The notes beneath the pieces are model-generated. The model was given only the letters and a program-made list of their open reading frames with translations, had not been told where the DNA came from and did not search any database. Source: Eledone cirrhosa (taxonomy: Eukaryota). Taken from it: a stretch of 64,000 nt of DNA. The number at the start of each line of letters is the position of its first letter. Within the stretch, counting starts at the first letter, position 1. The stretch covers positions 151,466,001 to 151,530,000 of the forward strand of contig OZ024742.1 of NCBI GenBank assembly GCA_964016885.1, in the 5' to 3' direction. Of the stretch, positions 30,496-45,239 are shown one piece after another. The translations under genes and the position numbers were made by a program.

Positions 30496-31256
30496 GGCGT
30501 TGGATTGGCAGTATCGGTAGAGGCTCGGACGCCATGCTTTGCAGAGTAGAGTTACAGCCCTTTACGGTTTGAGTTCAAATCCCGCCGAGGTTAACTTTGT
30601 CTTTCATCCTTACGAGGTTGATAAAATAAAGTACCAGTCACGCACTGGCGTCGATTTAATCGACTTTCCCCTCCCTCAAAATTGTTGGCTTTGTGCCCGG
30701 TGGATTGGCAGTATCGGTAGAGGGTCGGACGCCATGCTTTGACGTATAGAGTTACGGCCCTTGCCATCCTGAGTTCAAATCCCGCCGAGGTTAACTTTGC
30801 CTTTCATCCTTACCGGATCGATAAAATAAAGTACCAGTAATGCACTGGGTTTTTGCTGGCTTTGTGCCAAAAGTAGAAACAATTATTAGAGTTGACAGTA
30901 AGGGCGTTGGATTGGCAGTATCGGTAGAGGCTCGGACGCCATGCTTTTCAGCGTAGAGTTACGGCCCTTTACAGTTTGAGTTCAAATCCCGCCGAGGTTA
31001 CTTTACCTTTCATCCTTACGGGGGTCGATAAAATAAAGTACCAGTAATGCACTGGGATAATTGCTGGCCTTGTGCCACAAGTAGAAACAATTATTATAGT
31101 TGACAATTGTTAGAATGGTTAAATCTCGCGAGGTCAACTTTGCCTTTTATCCTTCCGGGCGAGATCGATGACTAATGTACCAATCAAATACTGGGGTTGA
31201 TTATTTAATTGACTACTACCCAAGTTGCAGTCCTTGTGCCTAAATTCGAAACCATT
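30496..31256 (+). mobile_element. Tandem cluster of 3 full and 1 partial tRNA-derived SINEs
   Basis: Repeated TGGATTGGCAGTATCGGTAGAG...GAGTTCAAATCCCGCCGAGGTT...GATAAAATAAAGTACCAG at ~30496, 30699, 30903; partial copy at ~31120. Confidence 0.88.
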
Positions 31257-32534
31257 AACAGAGTAGTCTGATTTACTTAGATGTAGGGAAAGAGAAAGTT
31301 GTCCCTGAAAGGTCGTGTTTGAGTGGCCCACACCATCTTGGTGGCATACTACCACCTTATCGTCGTTATCGTCGTGCCATGCCTACACCACTCCATTTCT
31401 TCTTCTTCTTCTTCTTCTTCTTCTTCTTCTTCTTCTTCTTCTTCTTCTTCTTCTTCTTCTTCTCATCATTATTATTTCTAACTCTTATCTTCACACGTAC
31501 TAAGAGTTAACAGAACATTAATGCACGAACATGCAAAAGTAAAATTAATTTTACCACATGCCAAAAATGTGTCAAAGTTCAGAATAAGCTTGAATGCACA
31601 TTATGTACATTTGACTGCCACGACTATCAAGTGTTTCCTATAAGTACCTCGTCAGGAATAATTTTAATTTGTCATTTGGCAATCATCCACACTCAGTGAA
31701 ATATAATGAAAGAAATATATAGTATTAACTAATATAACTTTTATAGCTCGACTTTGAATTCGAGAGAAATTATTTCAAAAATATATTCGTTTTATGTATA
31801 TATGTATGTATGTCTCTATTTTTCTTAATTTCGAGTACATTTTTGACCGGCCACCTTCCATGTATGTATATTTGTATGTAAGTATATTCTTCTGGTTTTA
31901 TAATTTCACAAATTTTTGCCAATAGAGAGAGAGAGAGTCGGTTTCTAACATAGACACAAGACTCTCTCATTGGAATTTACACATCGTCTAGGTAGATATG
32001 TCTGCATGTCTGCATGCATGCATGTGTAGATATGGATGTTATTGTATGTGTGGATGTGGATGTTTTGAGTTGTATGTGTGCATGTGTATATGCTTCGTAT
32101 CTGTATATATGTATGTATGTGCTAGAATGAAGGGGGGGGGGGGGGGTAAAAGACACACGAGAACACACAGCCAGAACAAAGCAATGGAAAGTCCCGGAGG
32201 AGCCTACAGTTGTCATATATATGCCAGAGGGTGCAAGTCCTTGGCTGATTTATAGAGCCACTTTCGAGCCTCACATTTCTGAGCATTTTATCAGGCGATG
32301 GCAATGCTCGAACTCGAGTTTGCAGCCATCATGTATGTATGTATGTATGTATGTATGTATGTATGTATGTATGTATGTATGTATGTATGTATGTATGTAT
32401 GCATGCATGCATGTATGTATGTATGTATGTATGTATGGATGTATGTATGTATGTATGTATGTGTGTGTGTATATGTATGTAGGTATGTATATATGCATGT
32501 ATGTATGTCCGTACAAATGTATATATGTATGTAT

Positions 32535-32650
32535 GTTGGTGATTTGGGATGACTTGGAGAGGTCATTTCCAAGCCTAACTTGACCTAGCTGCCCGTCGTG
32601 GAGCTGGGTGGCCATGGTGCGGAACTTTGGTGGGTAGCCCAACTTTGCCA
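32535..32650 (-). mobile_element. RTE-type RT fragment
   Basis: LGYPPKFRTMATQLHDGQLGQVRLGNDLSKSSQITN resembles the RTE/BovB RT segment preceding GVKQG. Confidence 0.55.
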
Positions 32651-33690
32651 GGCTGCTGACCGCAATGCTGGTGCCACACTATTCGGTTGGCTAGCAACGC
32701 ATTTAAAGTAAATCGTCGTGTCAGCCTGGAGGACAGGAGATCCAGGTGAAAGGTCTGTGTCCAAGCGGAGCCAAACACCATACACATTTCTCTGCGGCCG
32801 CTGTTGCCGGATCTGATGATCTCAGATAGGTCATATCAGTTACCAGCCTCCATGCACGTGGAGGGAAGAGAAATACGGCTCAATCTTTAGGTATCTTCGT
32901 ATCAAAGTCATCGCCACTACCATCATCATGTAATTATGTTGTATGTATGTATGTATGTGCTACTGGTAACATGTAACTCAGTACAACCTGTCGCATGGTC
33001 GGGTCGTCGGCGACTAAACCGGCATCCCACCAAGTTTACTTGGTGAGGAGGGTAATTTTGGACACACTGCAGGACAAAAAACAAAACAAAGTGTGGGAGA
33101 ACTCATAAGAGTCAACAGCCCATCTAATAATGTGTAAATATGTATATACATGTATGCATGTGTATATATGTACATATATATATATATGTATGTACATACA
33201 TGCATGTGTATGTATATGTTCGGGGATATAGAATTAATCGGGCTGGATACCCAATCACGCGGTTAAGCCACTTGGAGTAAAGGATCCTTAGCCTTTGCCA
33301 GGACATTCTTCTAGGAGAAGGCAACTCAATAAACTGGGATAACTCCGACACAAAACCTGCGGCTCAATAGTTACCGATGATGTTGGTCTTTTCTTCTTTT
33401 CGGGTTATAGCTACTGTCGCTAAGAGAGTGGGATTGGCTCAGTGCACAGTCTTTCCTCACTTTAAAAAGAAATCTTCACACACACGCATTGCACGATAGC
33501 ATTAATTGATAATTACTAATCATGTTATATCGTGCAATGGCCATACTCGATAAACGAGGGGGCAACCATCATGTATGTATGTATGCATGTATGCGTATAC
33601 CAGCATACCTATGTGTGTTTGCATACATATCTTTTGATAATGGAGATCTGTATATTTGGACTCGCGTATGCCTATATAAACATATGTCCG

Positions 33691-33721
<31 letters not shown>

Positions 33722-33944
33722 TGTGGGTCTCCGAGTATTAAAAGGGTTTACTTCGCAGTTGTTAGCACGATCACATTGCTTGGCATCTTGCGCACGCTTG
33801 GAAGTCTGTTGGATAGACTGTACTTGTAATTCAAAGGACCAGTCTCGTCACACATTGTGTCACACTAATCTTCCTGAAAATAACGTTAATGTACACACAG
33901 ACATACACACACACACACACACACACATACACACACAGACACAC

Positions 33945-34288
33945 ACACACACACATATACATATACAAATATATATATACAAATATACAAATATATATAT
34001 ATACAAATATATATATACATGCACACACACATGCATGAAATATATATGCAACCTGTAATTTGTAAAACGCTTATGACACAAGATGCTCAACATTTTTAGA
34101 AAAAGCACACACACTCACCCCCCCCCCCCCCCACACACACACATATACATATACAAATATATATATACAAATATACAAATATATATATACAAATATATAT
34201 ATACATGCACACACACATGCATGAAATATATATGCAACCTGTAATTTGTAAAACGCTTATGACACGAGATGCTCAACATTTTTAGAAA

Positions 34289-34300
<12 letters not shown>
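33945..34300 (+). repeat. ~170-bp direct tandem duplication
   Basis: CATGCATGAAATATATATGCAACCTGTAATTTGTAAAACGCTTATGACAC...TTTTTAGAAAAAG occurs twice. Confidence 0.85.
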
Positions 34301-34369
<69 letters not shown>

Positions 34370-34439
34370 CACATATACACATTATAGTTGAAAGCAAACA
34401 AAACAACAACAGCTTCAACACTACTTCATCTCTACAACT

Positions 34440-36197
34440 ACAGGCACCTCCACCGCCATCACCACCAGCACCAGCATAACCAGCACCCCAACACCAGCAT
34501 CACCACCAACACCACCAACACCACCACCACCATCATCACCCACATGACCACAAAAAAACCATCACCTCCACCGACAGCAACAATAACCACCTCACCACCA
34601 CCACCATCAACCCCACCTTCAAAACCATACCACCACCACCACCACCAGCATCATCCCCACCTTCAAAACCAAACCACCACCACCATCACCACCAAAACCA
34701 TCACCTCCACCTCCAGCAACAATAACCACCTCACCCCCACCTTCAAAGCCATACCACCACCACCACCACCACCACCACCACCATCACCACGAAAACCATC
34801 ACCGCTACCACCACCACCACCACCACCTCCATCACCACCACCATCACCACCATCACCACCAGCAACAACAGCCACACCACCACCGCCGTCACCATCACCA
34901 CCAATAACAACATGGTCTAACAAAACACACATAACCACATATCAGTATATAGATATTCTCTGTAAAACACTAAAAACTAAATCAAACTAAAGTTAATGAG
35001 AAATTTCATGTATCTCGATATTATATTAATAATTGTTTCTACTTTTGGCACAAGGCCAGCAATTATCACAGTGTATTACTGGTACTTTATTTTATCGACC
35101 CCGTAAGAATGAAAGGCAAAGTTAACCTCGGCGGGATTTAAACTCAGAATGGCAAGGGCCGTAACTCTATGCTTGGCGTCCTACCCTCTACTGATACTGC
35201 CAATCCACTTAATAATGGCAGTATCAGTAGAGGGTCTGACGCCATGCTTTGCAGCAAAGGTTTACAGTCCTTTATGGTCTGAGTTCAAATCCCGCCGAGG
35301 TTAACTTTGCCTTTTATCCTTACGGGGTTGATAAAACAAAGTACCAGTAATGCACTGGGTAATGCTGGCCTTGTGCCCAATTATATTAATGATGGTATAA
35401 ATTATTTCTAAGGTATTTCATTAATTAAAATCACAATTCACATACAATTTGTCAAAATATAATTTCTAAAGGAAAGAAAATTTCTTAGATTCGCCACATC
35501 ACCGCAGTCACCAAAACGACTACGACCACCAGCACTACCACCTACACCACCACCACCACCACTACCACCTACACCATCACCATCACCTTCACCATCTCCA
35601 CCACCCATGTACCACCACCAGCAATACCATCACCACCACCACCACCACCACCACCACTACCACCTACACCATCACCATCACCACCACCACCACCACCACC
35701 ACCACCACCACCACCACCACCACCACCACCACCACTACAAATACCACCTACACCATCACCATCACCTTCACCATCTCCATCACCCATGTACCACCAGCAG
35801 CAATACCATCACGAACACCAACACCACCACCACCACCACCACCACCACCACCATCACTACCACCACCACCACCATCATCATCACCACCCAAACCACCATC
35901 ACCACCATCACCACCACCACCGCCCAAACCACCATCACCACCACCACCAACACCACTATCATCACCATCACTAAACAACCATCACCACCACCAAAACTAC
36001 CACCACCACCACCATCACCGCCAGTACCAACACTACCATCACCACCACCACCACCACCACCACCACCACCATCACCACCATTTTCACCATAACAACTACC
36101 GCCACCATCATCACCACAACCATCACCACCACGTTACCACAACAACGACGACAACAACAACTGCAGCAGCTGCAGCAACAGCGGAAACGACAATAAA

Positions 36198-36232
<35 letters not shown>

Positions 36233-36330
36233 CGACGACAATAACAACAACCACCAAAAAGAACGACGACAACTACAGCAACTACAGCAACTACAGCAAC
36301 TGCTGCAGCAACAGCAACGACACCAACAAC
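34440..36330. repeat. (ACC)n-rich low-complexity tracts interrupted by a SINE pair
   Basis: Trinucleotide repeats at 34440-34910 and 35500-36330. Confidence 0.9.
35028..35380. mobile_element. Head-to-head SINE pair (minus 35028-35208, plus 35216-35380)
   Basis: Same family as 30496-31095; diverged copies in opposite orientation. Confidence 0.85.
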
Positions 36331-37055
36331 ACACAGTTGACCAAATGAGGTTTATTTTTCGACATAGTCCCTGGAAAGAAACAATGCAGTTATTAAGAAG
36401 AAGAGTTGAAATTAATGTATGAAATATTTCACAGCTCTAGCATTACTCCTTCATAGTCAGCCTCTGAATTTTTCAGCCGACCATCGTATATTTTAGTTAA
36501 AATATGTGATGTAAAAGTTGTATATAGTGTGCGCACAATGCGAGAAGCAGAGTGCAGGAATCATCGACTCATCTGGGCCAAACTCAATCTAAGTATAACA
36601 CCAAAAGATAGAAACTCTGTGACTAAACTACTATAGAAACGTAATGTGGGAAATTTCATGTCTTTCGGTACTATCCACAATGTTCGTAGTGCATCAGATA
36701 AAATCACACTTGACGTCTTTGGAAAGATTATAAAATAAAAGTCTTCCAGGCAACATTGCATCATTAGGTATGACATGAAAGAGATCTGATGACTGAATTA
36801 CAGATAACGATGCTGAAATAGGTCACTTAAGAACAAACAAAATATATACTCTCTGAGCCTTTTGCAGAGTAGAAAGTGGTTTGAAATAAGGAAACCTTGA
36901 TGCACCTATTCTCTTTGTAATATATTTGTTTTTGCCATGCTCCATCATGCGTTCCAAAATAACAATGAAGGGATATATGTAGTTAGATATCGTACCATAG
37001 GAAATGTCTTTAATGATAAACATTGATTACCAAATAAATTATATATGTAGATATA

Positions 37056-37186
37056 AAAGATGCAGAAGCGAAAACCAACCAAACAGTGAGTGTGTTCGGT
37101 TATTATTTCTGGCAATATTATTACAACAATATGGTCCTCCCCAAGTATAACAATATTTGTTTCGACATACGATTTCAAATCAAAAA

Positions 37187-37220
<34 letters not shown>

Positions 37221-37377
37221 GACGGCGATGAATTTGTTTTGCCAGGTTTTTGATTTGAAATCGTATGTCGAAACAAATATTGTTATACTTGGGGAGGACC
37301 ATATTGTTGTAATAATATTGCCAGAAATAATAACCGAACACACTCACTGTTTGGTTGGTTTTCGCTTCTGCATCTTT
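37056..37377. repeat. 133-bp inverted repeat (37056-37188 / 37245-37377) around (TA)n plus a short unique spacer
   Basis: Arms are reverse complements; identical peptide starts in ORFs 36945- and 37090+. Confidence 0.9.
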
Positions 37378-37379
37378 AC

Positions 37380-37450
<71 letters not shown>

Positions 37451-37851
37451 TAAATACACACACACACACACACATATATATATTTGAAATGTGTACGTCC
37501 CAACTTAAATAACCATAATAATATTCGATCACTAAAAATTAGTTCAGAAAATCGGAAGAAGTTACCCCCGGAGACGGAAAAACTGGATAGAGGTGCCTGC
37601 AAGGAATCGTCCTCCACAGACACCTCAATCTACCCTTCCATCTCCCAGGCGTACTTTACCCGAGTTTCTCAACTATTATTTATAGGGGTCAACTATTATC
37701 ATGGTCATTTGCGTTAGAATGTACACATTTCAGGTTTCAAATGATTCTTAGCTTACCCGTTATATATATATATATATATATATGATTTCTCACGAATGAA
37801 ACAGTTCTAGTCCTGTAGAAGCTCTTCTATATATATATTCTATATCTTATA

Positions 37852-37922
<71 letters not shown>

Positions 37923-38603
37923 TATAAAGCAAGACACTTTATTTCACGTTGCTCCTTCTACCCGGAGTTGCGACTGCTAGATAGTATTACCATGGAAAGA
38001 CCAATGAAAACATTGTTTCCTCGGTCCGATTTGCTGTTGAAACGGCAAGAGTTCAACCGTCCGGCCATGATTCTATATTATACACACACATACACACACA
38101 CACACATATATATATACATACGTACACATTCACATATATAAATATATACATGTACTTACACACACAAAACCATACATACATTTCTATGTGTGTATTTCAA
38201 AATGACACATAACTAAAATGTGTAGCTTCTACTTTTGTCTACCAACCTACCAACCCACCTTCATTTGTAACTAGCTCCCTACTTGTCTGTCGTTAAAGTT
38301 CTTTAATTTAACTAAAACCTTTATCAATTATACTGAGATTCTATATATGTGTACAAGTTAGTATGTATATATATATATATGTGTGTGTGTATATAATATA
38401 TATAATAATAATATTGAAACGAAGTCATCAGAAGGACCATTTAAAACATTTGACTTATTTATTTTACTTTATTTTACATTACTCCGGAGTAACCAAACTA
38501 ACCTGCGCACTTCGTCGAGTGCTCCAGCCTGCATACTGAGGTGTTAGTATACAACCAACATATACTCAATATATATATATATATATATATACATGTGTGT
38601 GTG

Positions 38604-38638
<35 letters not shown>

Positions 38639-38754
38639 GTATAATATATATATATATGTGAGTGTATATAATATACAGAAGGACCGATATATATATATGT
38701 GTGTGTGTATATAATATATATAATAATAATATTGAAACGAAGTCATCAGAAGGA

Positions 38755-38783
<29 letters not shown>

Positions 38784-38785
<2 letters not shown>

Positions 38786-40410
38786 TGAGTATATGTTGGT
38801 TGTATACTAACACCTCAGTATGCAGGCTGGAGCACTCGACGAAGTGCGCAGGTTAGTTTGGTTACTCCGGAGTAATGTAAAATAAAGTAAAATAAATAAG
38901 TCAAATGTTTTAAATTTAGTTTCGTTTATTACTGCTATATATATTTCGGTGACAGCCATCTTTTGCTGTGACCTCTTCAGGCAATCCGAATTAGTGTGGT
39001 ATAGACAAGTACATATGTTGTTGAGGTGTATGATTTTGTTAATACTCTGATATGTCCAGTTCCTGGTTGGGTTGTTATTTCACTGAGGAACTGAACACCT
39101 CCGGGATATTCGTCGAGACGAATATCCCGGAGGTGTTCAGTGAAACGGTCCGCCAGGCGACGTCCAGTCTGTCCGACGTAGGTTGCGCTGCACGAAGTCC
39201 ATACACTAGGTTGGAGCAGGTGTAACGGAAGGCGTGCCGGACAGAGATAGAATGGCCGTTGGGACCCTGGAAGGTGGTAGTGTTGGTGATGTGGGGGCAG
39301 GTGTGGCGTCGAGACCTGGAGCAGGGAAGGGAACCGGTGGGGGGGAGTAGAGCGTCGGTTGGGGGTAGGTGGTTGCGAACGAGGAGGGTGCGGAGATTGC
39401 GTGTGCGTTTGAAGGAGAGGAGGTGTGGGGATGGGAAGATGGGGGAGGTGGAGGGGTCGGACTGGAGGCGGAGGAAGAGGCGGAGGATGGTGCGATGGAG
39501 GGGTAGGGTGGGGGTGGTATGTGATGGGGGAGGGGAGACGGTTGGAGGATGTGCGGTGGCGTGGGGTGAGGGCGGTGGAGCAGTGGACAGCACGGGCGCA
39601 AGTGAGGGCGGTGTGGACGAGGGAGGAGGGTTAACCTTTCCGGATGAAATGGCTGACTAGGGAATGGGCCTGGGACTCAAAGTCAGCATCTCGGCTACAG
39701 AGGCGGCGGATCCTGAGGAGTTGGGAGTAGGGAATAGAGTGTGTGTAGGGTGAGAGGAGGTGAAGTCGAGGTAGGAGTGGAAGGAGGTGGGTTTGAAGAA
39801 GGCAGAGGTGACGAGGGAGCGGTGAAAGGGGTCGATGGCGACGGAGATGTCTAAGAAGTGGATGTGGGTGGTGGAGATAGAGGTGGTGAAGTGGAGGGAG
39901 GGGTGGAAGGAGCAGAAGAAGGAGTGAAAGGAGTCGAGCTGTTCTCGGGTGACGGTCGTGGCTCCGATACAGTCGTCGATGTAACGACCGTACGATTCGG
40001 GCGTGGGGCTGGTGTACCGGGCAAAGATTTGGGCCTCAACATGGCCAACGAAAAGGTTGGCATAGTTTGGGCCCATTCTTGTACCCATGGCTACCCCCTA
40101 AGGAGAAGCAGTTGAGGGTGAGAACCAGCTCGGCGAGGTGAAGGAGGGTGGGGTGGAGGGGACGGGAGAGGGGCGAAGGTGGAGGTAGTGCCGGAGAGCA
40201 CGTAGGCCGTCGGTATGGGGGATGACAGTATAGAGGGACTTGATATCTAGGGTGAAGAGGAGGGTGTGTGGGCCGTGTGGGAAAGCGAGGGAGTCGAACG
40301 GGCGAAGGGCGTGGTTGGTGTCGGAGATGTAAGAGAGGAAGGTGGTGACATGGGGGCGACGATGGAGTCAAGAAAGGCGGAGATGAGTTCGGTGGCGCAG
40401 TTGCAAACGG
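38784..40410 (-). mobile_element. 5'-truncated, frameshifted Penelope-like element (Neptune-like)
   Basis: DIKSLYT-like, MGTRMGPNYANLFVG, RYIDDCI, FLDISV; Cys linker PCSRSRRHTCPHI...TCSNLVY before a GIY-YIG remnant; 3' terminus with hammerhead; (TA)n on both sides. Confidence 0.88.
38931..38985 (-). ncRNA. Type I hammerhead ribozyme in the PLE 3' terminal region
   Basis: attgc-CTGAAGA-ggtcacagc/gctgtcacc-GAAA-tatatATA-gcagt then AATAAA; all core nucleotides present. Confidence 0.82.
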
Positions 40411-40476
40411 ATATATATATATATATATATATCAGTCCTTCTGATGACTTCGTTTCAATATTATTATTATATATAT

Positions 40477-40565
<89 letters not shown>

Positions 40566-40717
40566 GACAATAAGGGTTGACGGACCCACCATATTTATCA
40601 ATGCCAGTACCGGTTGTATCTCAGCGTACTCCTTGGGCAATGTAAGATACATTCCCAGAGTATACACAAAGTTATTTGCTTCAACACAACACACGTAAAA
40701 CGGGTGCCTATAAGGTT

Positions 40718-40827
40718 CCCGGACTCGAGTTTCTGCCGCTCTAATGCAGCAGTAAGGTGCACTACACCATCTGTCTGCATATATTATGCAATAATGCACA
40801 ATCGACTTATGCGGCTTCATCAGCGGG
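40718..40827 (-). ncRNA. Type I hammerhead ribozyme with a long loop 2
   Basis: cccg-CTGATGA-a-gccgc...(~70 nt)...gcggc-a-GAAAC-tcga-GTC-cggg; palindromic stem III ACTCGAGT; GUC cleavage site. Confidence 0.8.
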
Positions 40828-41502
40828 TATCGCCTAATCAATAACCAATCGATCGACAGAATCCTAAGACCAGTCTATGCCGGCCATGACTGTTTGTTAC
40901 GACTGACATGGTAAAGTTATTAGCAACTGGCACCCCATAGGACTCTATCTCCCAACTAGCCACTGATTTACACATTTTATGTGGGGACGGGAAGCTAAAA
41001 CGAATCAATCTTTTCGTTCCTGTCAGAAGCCCTCAGCCTACGTGTCTCACACACAAATTATCAAAGGGTGAAAAGATGGCCATTAGAAATAGCAGTTCAC
41101 ATTGATATAAAATAGAATGGTAACATTCGGTTCATGTCTCCAACCCCATGGCTTGAGGAAAGCGATGGCAACAATGGTAGTGCCAAGAACATTTAACGGA
41201 CTTTAAATGCGATCATCAATTATATAGCAATATAGTAGCGAGCTGAAATGTGTCAGCCGCGTGCGTAGCTAACCAGTCTATTTCACAACTTAAAAGAGTG
41301 ACAGACAAAATTAATAGCATATACATATATATATATATATATAGATATATAGATAATTTAATATATCAACTAACATAAGCGCACAGATGCACGTCTATGC
41401 CAGCAAATACACAGGTTATGTCATAGTACCTAGGTGGTTCAATGCAGGAGGATGCAGAACAATAATATAAAAGACGTAAAATAAAGATGTTCTTATTTTA
41501 CG

Positions 41503-41550
<48 letters not shown>

Positions 41551-41984
41551 GTCCTTCTGATGACTTCGTTTCAATATTATTATTATATATATTATAAACA
41601 CACACACACGCACACACACACACACATATATATATATACTAACTTGTACACATATATAGAATCTCAGTGTAATTGATAAAAGTTTTAGTTAAATTGAAGA
41701 ACTTTAACGACAGACAAGTAGGGAGCTAGTTACAAATGAAGGTGGGTTGGTAGGTTGGTAGACAAGAGTAGAAGCTACACATTTTAGTTCTGTGTCATAG
41801 GAAACAAGAACGAAATCAACGACAATTTGGTAAAGAAATAAAAGAAAAAATATATAATTATATATAGAAATTATATATACCTCATATTCATCATCCTTAC
41901 CCCTGCTCTCCTCTTCACCCTCCTCCCCTACAATCCCCACCTCAACCAGCTCCTCCTCCCCTCTTCCCCCTCAACCAGTTCCTC

Positions 41985-42016
41985 CTCATCGTCTTCGTCT
42001 TCGTCGTCGGCGTCGT

Positions 42017-42096
<80 letters not shown>

Positions 42097-42671
42097 CTAT
42101 TATCCTCATCACCATTATCATCATCATCATCATCATCATCATCATCGTCGTCGTCGTCGCCGCCACCACCACCACCACCACCACCACCACCACCACCACC
42201 ACCAACACCAGAAATAAATTACAAGACAGCAACAGCCACAAATTAAATGATAAAATCAAAATATAAGTGTTAAAAAACAAATAAAAATTGCTACATCGAC
42301 AACTTCTAAAATTAAGTCATGTGAGATTACGTAATGAATAGGAGAGTGAGAGCGAGTGAGAGAGAGTGAGAGAGAGGGAGAGAGGGAGATAGAGGGGGTG
42401 AGAGAGTGAGAGGGGTGAGAGAGAGGGGAAAAGGGTGAGGCAGAGGGTGTGAGAGAGAGAGGGAGAGAGATGGAGAGGGAAAGAGAAGAGAGAGAGAGAG
42501 TGGGAGAGAGGGAGATAGAGGAGGTGAGAGAGTGAGAGGGGTGAGAGAGAGGGGGTGAGAGAGAGGGGAAAAGAGTGAGGCAGAGGGTGTGAGAGAGAGA
42601 GAAAGTTGGAGAGAAAAAGTGGGAGAGAGAGAGGGAGAGAGATGGAGAGGGAAAGAGAGAGGGAGAGAGAG

Positions 42672-42702
<31 letters not shown>

Positions 42703-42768
42703 TGGGAGAGATAGAGATAAAGGGGGCTTAAGAGAAATGATGTAACAAATACGTCAGAAAGAATGATA

Positions 42769-42803
<35 letters not shown>

Positions 42804-44220
42804 GGAGAGAGAAGGAGAGAGAAGGAGAGAGAAGGAGAGAGAAGGAGAGAGAAGGAAAGAGAATGAGAGAGATAGCGTGATAGAGAGACAGAGGGAGGGA
42901 AAGATAGAGAGAGGTAGGGAGAGCGAGAGAGGGAGAGAGAGAGAGGGAGAGGGGAGAGAGGGAGAGAGTGATGGGAGGAAAAGAGACACAATAGAAGAGT
43001 TTGCCTTCAAATAACAGGTGTTATTAACTCTAGACTAAAGGTTTGGAGCGAAATATCTTCATAGGTATTTGTTGTAAGAAATGTCTGGCATATATTAGAA
43101 CAATAATGACGACGACGACAACAGCAACAACAACAACAACAACTACAACTACAACTGTAATCACGATATCTGCAACAGCAACAACAACAACTACAATTGC
43201 AAGAACTGCATCAACAACAACGGCACTAACACTACCACCACCACTACCACCACCAACACCAGCACCAACACCAACACCAACACCAATACTACCAGCAACA
43301 CAACCACCAACACCAGCACTAACACCAATACTACCACCAACACCACCACCACCAACACCAACACCAATACTACCACTAACACCACCACCACCCCCCCACC
43401 ATCACCCCCACCACAACCCCCACCACCGCCACCACCAACATTAACACCAATAGTACCACCAACACCACCACCAACACCAACACTACCTCCAACACTAACA
43501 CCAACACTACCAACACCACCACCACCAACACCAACACCAATACTACCACCACCACTAACACCAACACCAATACTACCACCACCCCCAACACCACCACCAC
43601 AACCACCACCACCACCACCACAACCACCACCACCACCACAACCACCACCACCACCACCACCACCACCACCACCACCACCACCACCACCACCAACAACACT
43701 AACACCAATAGTACCACCAACACCACCACCAACACTAACACTACCACCAACACCAACACCAATACCACCACCACCAACACCAACACCAATACTACCACCA
43801 CCACCAACACCACCACCACAACCACCACCACCACCACCACGACCACCATCACCAACACTAACACCAATACTACCACCACTACCACCACCACCAACACTAC
43901 CACCAATACTACCACCAACATAACCACGACCACCAACACCAACACTACCACCAACACTAACACCAACACTACCAACACCAATACCACCACCACCAGCAAC
44001 ACCACCACCACTACCACCACCACCACCATCACCAACACTAACACCAATACTACCACCAACACCACCACCGCCACCACCACCACAACCACCACCATACAAC
44101 TACTACCGCCGCCACCACCACCACCACCACCACCACACACACAACTACCACCACCACCACCACAACCACCACCATACAACTACTACCGCCGCCACCACCA
44201 CCACCACCACCACCACCACC

Positions 44221-44253
<33 letters not shown>

Positions 44254-44404
44254 TATAACAACAACGATGACAACAACAACAGCAACAACTGAAAGCAAAT
44301 TTTAAATTTCAAAGTCAATAATTAGTGTGATGGGAACGTTAATTATTATTACTGTTGTTGATTAGCAAAGTATTGTGGTGTTATTGATGATGATGATGTT
44401 GATA

Positions 44405-44461
<57 letters not shown>

Positions 44462-44482
44462 GCTACTACTACTACTACTAAA

Positions 44483-44522
<40 letters not shown>

Positions 44523-44557
44523 TTACTACTACTACTGCTACTACTACTACTACTAAA

Positions 44558-44620
<63 letters not shown>

Positions 44621-44634
44621 GCTGCTACTACTAT

Positions 44635-44676
<42 letters not shown>

Positions 44677-44680
44677 CACC

Positions 44681-44741
<61 letters not shown>

Positions 44742-44744
44742 TCG

Positions 44745-44801
<57 letters not shown>

Positions 44802-44804
44802 TCG

Positions 44805-44858
<54 letters not shown>

Positions 44859-44884
44859 TCAATACCACCACCACCACCACCACA

Positions 44885-44957
<73 letters not shown>

Positions 44958-45090
44958 TCGCTACTACTACTACTACTACTATCACCACCACCACCACCAC
45001 CACCACCACCACCACTACTACTATCACCACCACCACCACCACTACTACTACTATCACCACCACCACCACCACCACTATTACTACTATCAA

Positions 45091-45159
<69 letters not shown>

Positions 45160-45204
45160 CACCACCACCACCACCACCACCACCACCACCACTATTAATA
45201 CTAT

Positions 45205-45239
<35 letters not shown>

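Noticed and set aside
30496-31095. Possible tRNA genes or CRISPR-like repeat array
   Set aside because: B-box present but no cloverleaf; units are diverged ~200-bp SINEs with no unique spacers, in eukaryotic DNA
38416-38437. CTGATGA in the repeated block TCCTTCTGATGACTTCGTTTC
   Set aside because: No downstream GAAA or stem II on the same strand
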